Below are positions 1 to 12,897 of a stretch of DNA of 64,000 nucleotides, piece by piece. The stretch is from Hemiscyllium ocellatum (lineage: Eukaryota). The position numbers were made by a program, and so were the translations under genes. The first letter of the stretch is position 1. Each line of letters begins with the position of its first letter. The stretch is from contig NC_083409.1 in NCBI RefSeq assembly GCF_020745735.1, positions 18,682,341 through 18,746,340 of the forward strand, written 5' to 3'. A model generated the notes under the pieces. It did no database searches. It saw nothing but the letters and a program-made list of their open reading frames with translations, and had not been told where the DNA came from.

Positions 1-1115
1 TTCCCAATTCTTCCATCTCCGTAATATCTGCTCGAACGAGGAGATGCTCCCCTCCCAAGTGTCCCAGATGTCCACTTATTTTGAACAATGTACTTTTCCC
101 ACCTCTGCCATCCAGAAAGCCCTCCACCGCACCTCCTCCATTCTCTGCTCCCCAAATCTAAACACTCCCCTCCAAAATGCAATAGAGACAGGGTCCCCCT
201 TGTCTTCACCTTACGTCCAATCAATCTCCGCATCCAACGTATCATCCTCAAACAATTCTGACAACTCCAGCTCGACCCCACTATCAAGAACATCTTCCCT
301 TCCCCACCCCTCTCTGCCTTCCACAAGGACTGTTCCCTTTGCCAATCCTTGGTTTTCACCACACTTCACACCTACCCCCTCCTCCCCCAACAAAACCCTG
401 GTACCTTCCCCTGCAACTGTAAAAGATGCAAAACCTGCCCACACACCAAACCCTGTCATTTCCATCCAGGGCCCCAGTCCTTCCAGGTCAGACAGAGGTT
501 CACCTGCCTCTCCTCCAACCTAGTTTATTGTATCCGGTGCACCCGTTGTGGTCTTCTCTGCATCGGTGAGACCAAACGTAAACTAAGGACATGTTTTGAT
601 GAGCATCTCAGCCATGCTCACAAAGGCTGACCTGGCCTCCCAGTCACTGCCTATTTCAATTCCCCTTCCTATTCCCTCTCTGACATGACTATCCTCTGCC
701 TCCTCCATTACCATAAGCAATCAGACTGCAAATTGGAGGAACAAATAATTATCTTTTGCCCGGGGTTGCTTACAACCCAGAGGAATCAACATTGAGTTCT
801 CCAGTTTCAAAAAGCCTGCCTTTCCCAACTTTCGACTCCCTTTCCAGTCCCCCTCCTCCATTCTATTCCACTTACGGACCCTCCCTTCCAGCCACCAAAT
901 GGATTCATTCCTCCCATCGACTAAGCACTTCCAACCCTCTACCTGTGTTCATCCATCAATACCTTCCACTCCACCATTCCCCTCCACCCACGCAAACAAC
1001 CGATCCCACCTTGATTTGCAGCTCCCCTTACCCCCACCTGCAGTTCTGAAGAAGGGTTATACCCGAAATGTTGACTGCTCCACCTCCAGATTCTGCCTGA
1101 CTTGCTGTGTTCTTC
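1..1115 (+). mobile_element. Penelope-like element (Neptune-type), 3' part with GIY-YIG endonuclease remnant and terminal repeat
   Basis: ORF 349-630 PCNCKRCKTC...FQVRQRFTCLSSNLVYCIRCTRCGLLCIGETKRKL (Cys linker + GIY-YIG); pyrimidine-rich terminal repeat with hammerhead-like core at 1046-1072. Confidence 0.85.
1046..1072 (+). ncRNA. Degenerate minimal hammerhead ribozyme core
   Basis: CTGAAGA-a-GGGT tat ACCC-GAAA-tgtt; the ACGT palindrome has decayed to ATGT. Confidence 0.55.
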
Positions 1116-1299
1116 CAGCCTCCTGTAAGCCTCCATCCCAGCCTGGTAACGATCTCGGACACTGGAAGGAAATGCCCAGGGCGCAGGTTAACGTGGTGCA
1201 AAAAGCCTTTCAGCTGAAGCTTCAGTGTTTGCCTTCAGTGTGGATTTTCAGTTACTGATTTACTCCCCTGTTATGTGACAGGAAGAGAGAACACTTGTT

Positions 1300-1690
1300 G
1301 GTGCAGTGTTTATTTTTAATCATCCCAGGATATTTAAAGCTGCCTGCACAGTGCAATCACCTTCACAAGACAAAATGCTGAGGTCCCAAAATCAGCAAAC
1401 GAATGATGAGACAAATCCTTTTGGTGGCATTAGTTGAATATTGAGCAGGATACCTGAGGGAATCTCTTCAGAATGGGATCTTGTTGAGCCCCCTGAGGTG
1501 GAGGGATTGGGGTCTGGATGGTGCTGGTGGGGCTTTAAATGAACATCCCATACATAACATTGTGTCAGAGTTCACTGCAGTCTCAGCCTGGATTCTGTGC
1601 TCTCATTTCTGAGGTGGCTTTCAATGCAATGACCATTTGACTCTGAAGCAGGAGCATTGCCCATGGAGTCACCGTCAGTAACAATGTAAA
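1300..1690 (-). mobile_element. LF-SINE-like element, decayed
   Basis: Reverse complement resembles the recalled LF-SINE consensus (gagcacagaatccaggctga..., aagatcccatt..., tcctg..caatatt); related fragments at ~9660-9860, ~14560-14790, ~44100-44345. Confidence 0.55.
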
Positions 1691-1970
1691 CTGTGTAGCT
1701 CTGAAAGGATATCATCTCATTCATCAAATCTGTTTCTGCCCCTCTGCAGGCTGACCAGGCTGCCAGTGCCTTTCCAATACTCCCAGGTTTTCCCATGTGC
1801 CACAGCTCATTCTCCTGAAGGATAGTTTACTCAGAGTCAAAAAGTGTGGTGCTGGAAAAGCACAGCAGGTCAGGCAGTCGTGCTCAGGCCGAGGACATGA
1901 CCTTGTCCCTCTGTCAGATTCTCTTCAAGAAACTCATGGCAGTTAGGGAAGGGCAACAGCAAGGAGAGAG

Positions 1971-2277
1971 ATTAGATTAGATTACTTACAGTGTGGAAAC
2001 AGGCCCTTCGGCCCAACAAGTCCACACCGACCCGCCGAAGCGCAACCCACCCATACCCCTACATTTACCCCTTACCTAACACTACGGGCAATTTAGCACT
2101 GCCAATTCACCTGACCCGCACATCTTTGGACTGTGGGAGGAAACCGGAGCACCCGGAGGAAACCCACGCAGACACGGGGAGAACGTGCAAACTCCACACA
2201 GTCAGTCGCCTGAGGTGGGAATTGAACCCGGGTCTCAGGCGCTGTGAGACAGCAGTGCTAACCACTGTGCCACCGTG
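1971..2277 (-). mobile_element. HE1-type V-SINE, near full length
   Basis: tRNA-like head (cacggtggcacagtggttagc...gggttcaattccc), V-domain gtgtctgcgtgggtttcctcc, (ATCTA)n tail. Confidence 0.9.
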
Positions 2278-2639
2278 GTGGGGACGCATCGCTGCAAGTG
2301 CTGTACTCTGCAGTTTGGTGACCCACTTTGATAGCTGTTTGTTCAATCTTTGAGTGCAATTCATTTTTTTGCTGATCCCAGCGTCAATCCAAAGGACTCT
2401 CCACCTTTCAGTCTGACAAACCAGGTTCACCCATGTCATGGCTCTGTTTCTGACCGAGAGTCCAGTCTTTCAAAGAGATGAATTCAAGCCTCACCAGTTT
2501 GATCATTTTAATTTTACATCATTTCTCCTGATTTCTCCCGGGATGGGGCGGGCGTTGACGTGTTGGTTATTGGTTGCCTTCCCCTAATTGTCCTGGAGAG
2601 GGCGGTGGTGAGCCATGTAATATCTGGAAAGGAAGGCGC

Positions 2640-4345
2640 TGGAATTTGTACAAAAAAAGACATGAAATTCAATGTGATGTTCACAAATGTTCTTTTGGCG
2701 AGGGTGCCTGGTCTGTGACTCCTGCCCCACTGTGACATGATCCATTTTTAATGACCCCATGATCTGGCTCAGCAAAGAACTTCGTCCAAGCAACTGGGGG
2801 TGGGCAATATTTATGAAGCTTGCCAATGATGAAGCAGAAATAATAATGAGAAGGAATAATGCAGCTCCTTGCTCTCTGCCTTTTAGCCTCTGAGCCAGCA
2901 CACTCTCACCGTTCTGGGTTTCTAATCCTCTAACATTAATTCATTAAAGTGTGGGAATATAGGAAGAGGTTTTATTTTGAACTATAAGGTCTCTTTTCTC
3001 CGTGACTCTCTCCTTTTCAACCCCCTACAATCCTGTCACCAGATGCTTGTGCTGACAGCCTTGTTGTGCAGAGTGAAAGCTCTCGGTGTTCTCTGAGGCC
3101 TCACTGCCTTGTGTCTGTCTCCACTGCAACATAAGGCAAATGACGTGTTTCTGAAACCCAGTTGAAATTAAAAGCCAGCAAAGAAAATGACTGCAACTAG
3201 AATTGAGTTGGTCTTGTTCAAAAAAATAATTTTCATTTTAAAATTACATTTTTGTCAGTGAGTGACAAAGGAAAGATGGGGGTCCAGAATTGCTGCAGCC
3301 TCTGTCAGAACATAGGGCCCAGGAGCAGGAGCAGGCCTTTTGGGAGCTGCTGTGCCAATGAAGAAGATCACTACTCATCTGGTTATGGTCTCGCCCGTAC
3401 TTTCTGCTTCCCCACCCCCTCCCATTATCCTTAATTGCCTTGTTCATCAAAAAGTCTGTCGACTGTAACCTTGTGCCAACTCCATGAGTGAACCTCCATC
3501 CCCATGTAGAGAAGAGAATTCCACAGACTATCAATCCTCAGCAAGAAAACCCCTCCTTCCCTTTAAACTGGAGACTGGTTTGTGTTAAACCTGCCCTCCA
3601 GTCCTCGTCTGCCCGATAACAGGATCCACCCTCTCAGTATCCAGCCTGTGATATCACCTTCAGATCAGAAACTGGTAATGAGAAAGAACAGGTTACATCA
3701 GTGAGACTTTTCCCCAGAGGTGATGAACAGTGTTGATGTAAATTGTTTTTTCCAGTCCCAGAGTCCAGAACAAGAGGGTTGTTAAAATTGTAATTCAGAC
3801 GATTTCAGGAAAATTTCTTTCTGACAGAGTGATGGAAATCTGGAACCCTCAATCCAAAATAAAAAGCTGTTGAGGTTGGGTTTCAATATCCATTTACTCA
3901 GGGCAGTACGGTTTACAGGACAAACTGGAGAATGTATTCCAGGTCAGCCATGGCCTGATTAACTGGGGAACTAGGTCAAAGCAACTGATTGGTCATTCCC
4001 ACTGGAATCCACTGGAATGACTACTGGTGTGTTTGCAGCTAATGGAAGGAGTCATTACCCATAGTCTTCAGCAGCTGTGCAAGTCCTCCATAGTAACTAG
4101 AAAGCAGCTGTTTCACTGTGCCTGAACAATACAAAGTCAGAGGACACACTACACCAGGTTCTAGCCCAACTGATTCATTTGAAATCACAAGCTTCTGAAG
4201 CGCTGCTCCTTTATCAGGTGTACCCCAGTCCACCATCGACATTTCCACATTACTGAACAGTCCAAATAAACTGGGGCTCTGTGAGGATCGAACCAGCTGG
4301 ATCTGTACAAACGAGGAGAGAGAGAGAGAGAGAGAGAGGGAGACA

Positions 4346-4401
<56 letters not shown>

Positions 4402-4880
4402 ACATCTTTTGAACCAGGATACCTAATTGCACCACAATAAAAATGCTCTGCATGCTGTGATATATCAAAAATAAGCACTTTGGTGTAACTTTTGATTGTC
4501 CTCACAGTGTGCTATTTTATTCATGATGTGATACACGGAGACTATGTCAACGTTGGGTGGCAAAAAGTATATTTTCTCCACTAATCCCTTTCCAAAACGC
4601 GCTCTCCATCTTGCTTTAATCCTTATTGACTCTTCTACAATTGCCTCTATTTCCTCACTCCTTTCCGGTCCCAAAGGAACATATGGACAGACGTCATGAC
4701 CCCACTCTGTCTTAAATTTCATGTGTAGTGTATTGGAGCTTGGGCCCCTCCCTCAGGCCCAGGTGTAGGGGCCTGTTCAACAATCTGCACATTGTCCTAT
4801 GTCTCTTTCTGAATGAACTGGATCAAGTTGCAGTAACGATCTGGCAACAAGGTGTCTTGTCTAAAATGTTCCCAGCATTG
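2640..4880 (-). repeat. Inverted paralog of the C1 downstream flank (25320-28087)
   Basis: Non-TE sequence matches in reverse: 2640-2850~27860-28080, 2850-3600~27150-27870, 3600-4000~26750-27150, 4440-4880~25320-25800. Confidence 0.85.
4316..4401. repeat. (GA)n microsatellite
   Basis: Direct reading of the sequence. Confidence 0.95.
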
Positions 4881-5860
4881 GATACAGAACTGGCTGTGTC
4901 AGAGGAGACAGAGGGTAGTGATGGAAGGATGGATTTCAGAATGGAGGGCTGTGTCTTGTGGGGTTTCACAGGGATCAATGATGGTACCTTTGCTGTCCAT
5001 GGTCTCCATAAGTGATTTGGACGAAAACATGGCTAGTCTAATTCATGAGTTTGTGGATGCCACAAAGATTGCTGGAGTTGCAGTTAATGATCAGATTATC
5101 AGAGGATACAGCAGGACATAGATCAATTGGACGCATGGATAGAAAATGGCAGATGAAGTTTAATCCAAATAAATGTGAAATGATGCATTTTGAAAGATGA
5201 AGCACGTGGCAGAATACCTGCACAGTGAATGGCAGAATCCATTGGAGTATTGAAATGCAGAGGGATCTGGGTGTACATGTTCACAGATCACTGATGGTGG
5301 CAGCACCTAAGGTAGTAAAAAAGGCAATGGCAGGCTTGGCTACATTGGGAGGAGCACTGAGTATTAGGATAGACAAGTTATACTGCAGCTTTACTGAACT
5401 TTAGTTTGGCCATACTTGGAATATTGCATATGGTTCTGGTCACCATGACCAGAAGGATGTGGATGCTTTGGAGAGGGTACTGAAAAAATGTACCAAGAAT
5501 GCTGTCTGATATGAGGGATTTTCCCAGGGTAGAGGGGTCAGTTACTAGGGGACACAGGTACAAGGTGTGGGAGGGGGTGGGTGGGTGCAGTGGGGAATTA
5601 AAACAGATGTGTGAGGTAAGTATTTCACACAAACGGTGGTGAGGGCTGGAACACGCTGCCAGTGGAAGTGGTGGAAGCAGACACAATAGCAGCATTCAAG
5701 AAATACCTGGATGAATACACGGAAAAGAAGGGAATAGAGGGATATGAATCCTGTAGGTGAATACAGTTTCGGTGAGGAAGGGCAAAATGTGTCAACACAG
5801 GCTGGGAGGGCCGAAGGGCCTGTTCCTGTGCTGTATAGTTCCTTGTTCTTTGGTCCCTGC
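4880..5860 (+). mobile_element. CR1 LINE ORF2 3' fragment, decayed
   Basis: ...WRAVSCGVSQGSMMVPLL...FVDATKI (GVPQGSVLGP / FADDTK equivalents), CR1-type 3' end. Confidence 0.85.
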
Positions 5861-6529
5861 TGTTGAATTGGATTCAAACCAACAATGCAGGAAGACTCAT
5901 GATGAAGTGGGTGTTTGTTTGATTTCTCACTTGTGTTAATACAGTTTTAAATGTGTCTGCGTACTTTCCCCTCTCTCTCTGTGGAGGGTGTCACTGTCAT
6001 TGTCTCCATCCGACCTTTCCACTCTCATAGTGATAGCAGTTTTTGCATTCCTTCTGTTCGGGGGAGCTGTCATTCCCCCGCCCATATTACAACAATGACT
6101 AGACTTTGGAATTTCTCCATTAGCTGTAAAACATCTTTGAACATCCTGAGCTCATGAACAGTGTAACAGAAGGGCAATTCTCTCTCCTTTTTGTTTCCTC
6201 TCCATGCCTTCCCATCTGTCTCCCCACAACATCCCTCCCTTGTTTAAAATCTGGAATGAATTATGAATCTCTGGGAGAATTTAATCTGTGGCAACATTGA
6301 AACTAACAACAACCACCTCCTTGGTGGGCTTTGAGTGTGAAGGTCAATAACACTCTCACTGGGACTTGATCTGGGTTGTCTCCAGTCAGTCAGTGTTATT
6401 GTTCTGGGGCCAGGCATTACTGACCAACCTTAGACCCTGGGCTCCGATTGAGATGACGGATGACCTGCACTGGGCTTTAACACACTGTTACCACAGCACA
6501 GAATGAAATCATGTAGCGCTGGTTAGGCA

Positions 6530-7620
6530 GAATCCCTGGAGCAGGAGAGTCGACATTTTGAGCATAAGCTCTTCATCAGGAATGGAGAGGAGGGAGTGAG
6601 GAGTCGGAGAGATAAATGGGAGGGAATTGGGGCTGGGGAAAATGTAATGAAGATTGCAATAGGTACGTGGAGGTGGGGGGGTGACAGTGATAGGTCAGAG
6701 TGAAGGGTGGAGTGGATAGGTGGGAAGGAAGATGGACAGGTAGGACAGTTCAAAAGGGTGGTGCCGAGTTGGAGGGTTGGACCTGGGATAAGCTGGGGGA
6801 GTGGAGATGAGGAAACAAGTAACATCAACATTCAGAGTATTGAGTACAGGAGTTGGGAGGTCATGTTGCGGCTGTACAGGACATTGGTTAGGCTACTGCT
6901 GGAATATTGCATCCAATTCTGGTCTCCTTCCTATTGGAAAGATGTTGTGAAACTTGAAAGGGTTCAGAAAAGATTTACAAGGACGTTGCCAGGGTTGGAA
7001 GATCGGAGCTACAGGGAGAGGCTGAACAGGCTGGTGCTGTTTCCCTGGAGCATCAGAGGCAGAGTGATAACCTGATAGAGTTTTACAAAATTACGAAGGG
7101 CATGATTAGGATAAATAGACAACATCTTTTCCCAGTGGTTGGGGAGTCCAGAACTAGAGGGCATAGGTTTAGGGTGAGAGGAGAAAGATACAAAAGAGAC
7201 CTAAGGGGCAACCTTTTCATGCAGAGGGTGGTATGTGTATGGAATGAGCTGCCAGAAGATGTGGTGGAGGCTGGTGCAATTGCAACATTTAAGAGGCATT
7301 TGAATGGGTATATGAATAGGAAGGGTTTGGAGGGAGATGGGCCGGGTGCTGGCAGGTGGGACTAGATTGGGTTGGGATATCTGGTCGGCATGGATGGGTT
7401 GGACTGAGGGTCTATTTCCATGCTGTACATCTCTATGACTCTATGACTCTATAACATTCATTCCGTGTCATTGGAGGGTCTCAAGGTGGAAGATGTGGTG
7501 TTCTTCCTCCAGTTGTTAGATGGCTTCAATTTGGCGGTGGAGTAGGCCTAGGGACTTGCATATCCTTAGCAGGTGGATGGGGAGTTGAAATGGTCGGCCA
7601 CAGGATGGTGGGGTTGTTTA
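6530..7620 (-). mobile_element. Penelope-like element fragment interrupted by a CR1
   Basis: Terminal repeat 6530-6815 with degenerate hammerhead core (6552-6579); region downstream of the endonuclease at 7455-7620. Confidence 0.7.
6815..7450 (+). mobile_element. CR1 LINE 3' end
   Basis: LYRTLVRLLLEYCIQFWSP...RVQKRFTR; (CTATGA)n tail. Confidence 0.9.
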
Positions 7621-7999
7621 GTGTGTGTGTCCTGAAGATATCATCTTCCAATCCTCCAATGAAGATGCACTGTCCTCACCAAAACATGTTGGCAAATCTC
7701 TTCGTAACACATAAAGGGAGAGAAACATTGAAAACTGTATTATCATGAGTGAGAGTCCACTTGAAACAAGGACTATGATGTTAAATGCTCCCAGCCGTAA
7801 AGAACACTGATGTATTGATGTCATTATCTTATTAAACAATATTAAAACCTCAGCCAAACATTTTCCTGCAGACAGTGTATTTAAAATATCAAGAGGCTTT
7901 CCCCATTGTTGGTTTGATCAGTGACGTAACAAGGAAGCAGCAGCTGCCCCATGAACTCCAACAAAAGAATGAGAACAGGCTCTTCATATGGAGCTGGCT

Positions 8000-9100
8000 C
8001 CCGAGAATCCAATTCAACAGCAGGGATCAAAGAACAAGGGACAATACAGCACAGGAACAGGCCCTTCGGCCCTCCAAGCCTGTGCTGATACATTTTGCCC
8101 TTCTATACTGAAACTATCTTCATCGACAGGATTCATATCCCTCTATTCCCTTCCTATTCATGCATTAGTGCAGGAATTTCTTGAATACTTCTATTGTGTC
8201 TGCTTTCACCCCCTCCTCTGGCTGTGTGTTCCAGGTAGTCAACTTCCTCTGTGTGAAATACTTGGTTTGTACACCTCTTTACAATGAATTCCCCCAAACC
8301 CCTGCACCTTGAACATGCGTCCCCTAGTATTTGACCCCCTCCACCCTGGGAAAAAGTCTCATTATTTCCACTCTGCCTATCCCATTCACAACTCTGTAAA
8401 CTTCTATCAGGACGCACCTCATTTTCCTGCATTCCAGTGAAAACAAACTCAGTCTCTCCAACCTTTCTTCAGAACTACAATCCCCCCATACCAGACAATA
8501 TCCTGGTAAACATTTTCTGCACCGTCTTCAAAACATCCACATCCTTCTTTTTGGACTGTGTGCAGTTCTATGCGACCAGAACTGTGTGCACTATTCCAAG
8601 TGTGGCCGAACTAAAGTTCTATAAAGCTGCAGCATAACTTGTCTATCCTTACACTCAATGCCCCTTCCAATGAAGGCAACCAGGCCATCAGCCTTTTTTA
8701 CTGCCTTACCTCCCTGTGCTGGCACCTTCAGTGATCTGTGGACATACACACCCAGATCCCTCTGCATATCAATACTCCAAAGGATTCTGTCATTCACTGT
8801 ATAATTCCCACCTGTACATCACCTTCCAAAATGCATCACCTCACATTTGTCTGGATTAAACTACACCTGCCATTTTTCTGTCCAAGCATCTCTATCCTGC
8901 CATATCCTAGATAATCCTTCTCATTCTCTGCACTTCTACCAATCTTTGTATCAATTGTAAACTTACTAATTAGACCAGCTACGCTTTCCTCCAAATCATT
9001 TATGTAGACCATATACAGCAGAGTTCCCTGTGGAACACCACGAGTCACAGCCCTCCATTCTGAAAACCATCCCCCCATCACTGCCCTCTGTCTCCTCCTA
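8000..9100 (-). mobile_element. CR1 LINE 3' fragment
   Basis: ORFs 8591-8797 and 8836-9147: GVPQG...FTIDTKIG, LYRTLVRPHLE. Confidence 0.85.
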
Positions 9101-10656
9101 CTCAGCCAGTTCTGTGCCCAATGCTGGAAACATTTTAGACAAGACACCTTGTCGCCAGCTCATTGCTGCAACTTGATCCAGTTCATTCAGAAAGAGGAAA
9201 AGGACAATGTGCAGATTGTTGAACAGGCCCCAACACCTGGTCCTGAGGCAGGAGCCCAATCTCCAACACACTGGCCTCACTTCACACCAACCTTCACACA
9301 GTGCGGGGTCATGAACTCCGGCCATCAATCCCTCTGAGACCGGGATGGAGTAGGGGAACAGGGACAATTGTAGAAGAGTCAATAAGGAGTAAAGAAAGAT
9401 GGAGAGAGTGTGTTGGAAAGTGTTCAATGGAGGGAACATACCTTGCGATACCCAATACTGACAGAGTCTCCATGTATCACAGAATGTACAAAACAGCACT
9501 CCAGTAATGTGGCTGACCCTTACCTGCCATTTAAAAGGCTAAAGAAGCCACTCAGTTTCAGGACAGGTAGGGATGGGGAACAAATGCTGGTCTTGCCAGT
9601 GACTCCCACATCCCAGAAAAGAATAGATGGGTTCAGTGATAACACCGTCACCTGAACCTGCAGGTTTCAAGCCCCACTCCAGACACTGGAGCACTGTCCT
9701 GAGGCTGGCAAAGGCAAAGATGCCATCTGCTGGATGATCGGTTAAACCACTGCCCTCTCTGGTCGATGTGAATATAAGGGCTTTATGACCATCTCAGGGA
9801 AAATCTCCCCAGTGTGCTGACCAATGCTTCTCTTATAACCAATGGCATTAAAACAGATACATAAACAAAATACTGCAAATCTCAAATAGAAGCACGATGC
9901 TGGAGAAAGGGAACAGGTGCAGCCTCTGTGGGAGAGGAGGTTTAACTTTTTGGGTTCAGTGATGTTTTATCAAAAAGGCAGCAAAATTATATTTTATTTA
10001 ATTTTATGCTGTTTTATATTATTTTATTTAAATTTTGTTGAAAACAAGTTTACCCGCTTGATTGGAACCACATTCACACACATGCATTCCCCCCACACTG
10101 ACGCTCAGTAACAGCTCTGTGTACTATTTACAAGATGCACTGCAGAGATTCACCAAAGATCCTGAGACAACAGCTTCCAAACCCATGACCACTTATATTT
10201 GGACAAGGACAGCAGGTACACGGGACCATCACCCCAGCAAGTTCCTCTCCAAGTCATTCACCAGTTTGACTTGGAAATATGAAGCAGTTCCTACATCATC
10301 ACTGGGTCACAATCCTGGAATTCCCCTCCTATGACATTGTGGGTCTACCAACAGCAGACTGACTGCAGGGGTTCAAGATGGGAGCTAATCACCACCAGGT
10401 CCAGGGCAATTAGAGATGGACAGTAAAAAGCCTGGTACAAGAGAGTGTAAACGTGCTTAAGGACCAGAAAGTGAGACTGCGATGTTTCAGTTATTCCTGG
10501 ACATTGGTGTGACCACATCTCAAATACTGAGGGTAGTTTTGGTCTCCTTATTGAAGGAAGAATATAAATGCATCGGAGGTGGTTCGCAGGAATTTTACCC
10601 GATTGATCCCTGGAATGAGTGGGCTGTGATGAGGAAAGATTGGAAAAGGAGATAAA

Positions 10657-11000
10657 GGGAATGGGGCGGAGCAGGGTGTTGAGGTAGGGATAGGTTGAGA
10701 ATGGTAGAGAATATGACCTGATTAGTCGATGGGAGAGTAATTTGTATTCATCCCTCCCATCAACCAATCCTCTACCTACCTTCACCTATCCCCATCTCAC
10801 CACCCTGCCCCCCACTACTCCCTTTATCTGCAGCTCCCCCATCATTCCCCCACCTCCCAACCCACCCCCATTCCTGAAGAAGGATTACAGCCAAAACATT
10901 GATTTCTCCACCTCCTGATGCTGCCTGGCTTGCTGTGTTCTCCCAGCCTCCTGCTTGTCAACCTTGGATTCCAGCATTTGCACTTTCTTTTGTCTCTAAT
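10657..11000 (+). mobile_element. PLE terminal repeat with an inverted partial copy at its 5' side
   Basis: 10657-10736 is an imperfect reverse complement of 10750-10830; degenerate hammerhead core at ~10874-10900. Confidence 0.65.
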
Positions 11001-11280
11001 CTCTTCAGGGGCCTGGATGAGAGTGAGGGAATTGGGTTTTGATGGAGCTACCCACAGACTCAAGTCAAAAGAAGCAAAGCAAGAAAGGCAAGTGGATCGA
11101 ATACAAGAGACCAAATTGTGAGCAAAAACCAATTATTACCAGTTTAGCAATTGCAAAGCAGAGAGTGACAACATTGAATTGCTTCTGGTGTCATCCTCTG
11201 TGCCCTAACATTTCACATTGCCAGCTCCACATCCTTCCATTGGCTTTGTCATTGAGAGGCAACAGTTCCCTTCCCACAGC

Positions 11281-12897
11281 ATAGAACATAGAACATAGAA
11301 AAATACAGCGCAGTACAGGCCCTTCGGCCCTCAATGTTGCGCCGACCGAATCCTACCTAACCTACACTAGCCCAATAACTTCCAAATGCCTATCCAATGC
11401 CCGCTTAAATGACCATAAAGAGGGAGAGTTCACCACTGCTACTGGCAGGGCATTCCATGAACTCACAACCCGCTGTGTAAAGAATCTACCCCTAACATCT
11501 GTCCTATACCTTCCATCCCTTAATTTAAAGCTGTGTCCCCTTGTAACAGCTGACTCCATTAGCGGTAAAAGGTTTTCAGTGTCTACCCTATCTAAACCCC
11601 TAATCATCTTGTACACCTCTATCAAATCTCCCCTAAACCTTCTTTTCTCCAATGAGAACAGCCCCAAGTGCCTCAGTCTTTCCTCATACGATTTTCCTAC
11701 CATACCAGGCAACATCCTGGTAAACCTCCTCTGCACTCGTTCCAATGCCTCCACATCCTTCCTATAGTATGGCGACCAAAACTGCACACAATACTCCAGA
11801 TGCGGCCGCACCAGAGTCTTATACAACTGCAACATGACCTCAGGACTCCGGAACTCAATTCCTCTGCCAATAAAGCCCAGTACACCATATGCCTTCCTCA
11901 CAGCACTATTTACCTGGGTGGCAACTTTCAGAGATCTGTGTACATGGACACCAAGATCCCTCTGCTCATCCACACTACCAAGTAGCCTACCATTAGCCCA
12001 GTAATCCATCTTCTTGTTACTCCTACCAAAGTGAATGACTTCACACTTAGCTACATTGAATTCCATTTGCCACATTTCTGCCCAGCTTTGCAACTTGTCT
12101 ATATCCCGCTGTAACCTGCCACATCCTTCCTCACTATCCACAACTCCACCGACTTTTGTGTCATCCGCAAACTTACTCACCCAGCTTTCAAGCCCCTCCT
12201 CTAGATCATTTATAAAGATAACAAAAAGCAATGGTCCCAAAACAGATCCTTGAGGTACACCGCTAGTAACTGCACTCCAAGATGAACATATACCATCAAC
12301 TACTACCCTCTGTCTCCTTCCAGCCAGCCAATTTCTAATCCAAACCTCTAATGCACCCTCAATGCCATACCTCCGTAGTTTTTGCATTAGCCTACCATGG
12401 GGTACCTTATCGAACGCCTTACTAAAATCCACATACACAACATCTACTGCTTTACCCTCGTCCACCTCCTTAGTCACCTTCTCAAAGAACTCAATAAGGT
12501 TTGTGAGGCACGACCTGCCCTTCACAAAACCATGCTGACTATCCTTGATCACGTTATTCCTATCCAGATGTTCATAAATCTTATCCCTTATAATTCTCTC
12601 TAAGACTTTGCCCACCACAGAAGTCAGACTCACTGGCCTATAGTTACTCGGGCTATCCCTACTCCCCTTCTTGAACAAGGGGACCACATTCGCCATCCTC
12701 CAGTCTTCTGGTACTATTCCCGTTGACAATGACAACATAAAAATCCAGGCCAATGGCTCTGCTATCTCCTCCCTAGCTTCCCAGAGGATCCTAGGATAAA
12801 TGCCATCAGGCCCAGGAGACTTATCTATTTTCATCCTTTCCAGTATTCCCAAAACCTCTTCCCTACATACTTCAATGCCATCCATTCTAAAATGCAC
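11281..12897 (-). mobile_element. Young 5'-truncated CR1/HER1 LINE with intact RT C-terminal ORF (11362-12897, 511 aa)
   Basis: KSPGPDG, NYRPVSLTS, QHGF, DFSKAFD, GVPQGSVLGP, FADDTK motifs with no stops; (TTCTATG)n tail. Confidence 0.97.

Larger units (their letters stand above)
5900..9500 (+). repeat. Locus-specific module copy M2, interrupted by CR1 and PLE insertions
   Basis: 6080-6500~23620-24050, 7660-7990~25010-25300, 9110-9500~25320-25710. Confidence 0.8.

Noticed and set aside
1347-1374. CACAGTG with a weak nonamer at 11-12 bp
   Set aside because: Inside an LF-SINE-like relic, with no V coding sequence upstream.
2544-2580. GC box, TGACGT and ATTGG cluster resembling a promoter
   Set aside because: No associated exon or TATA; short motifs alone are not evidence.
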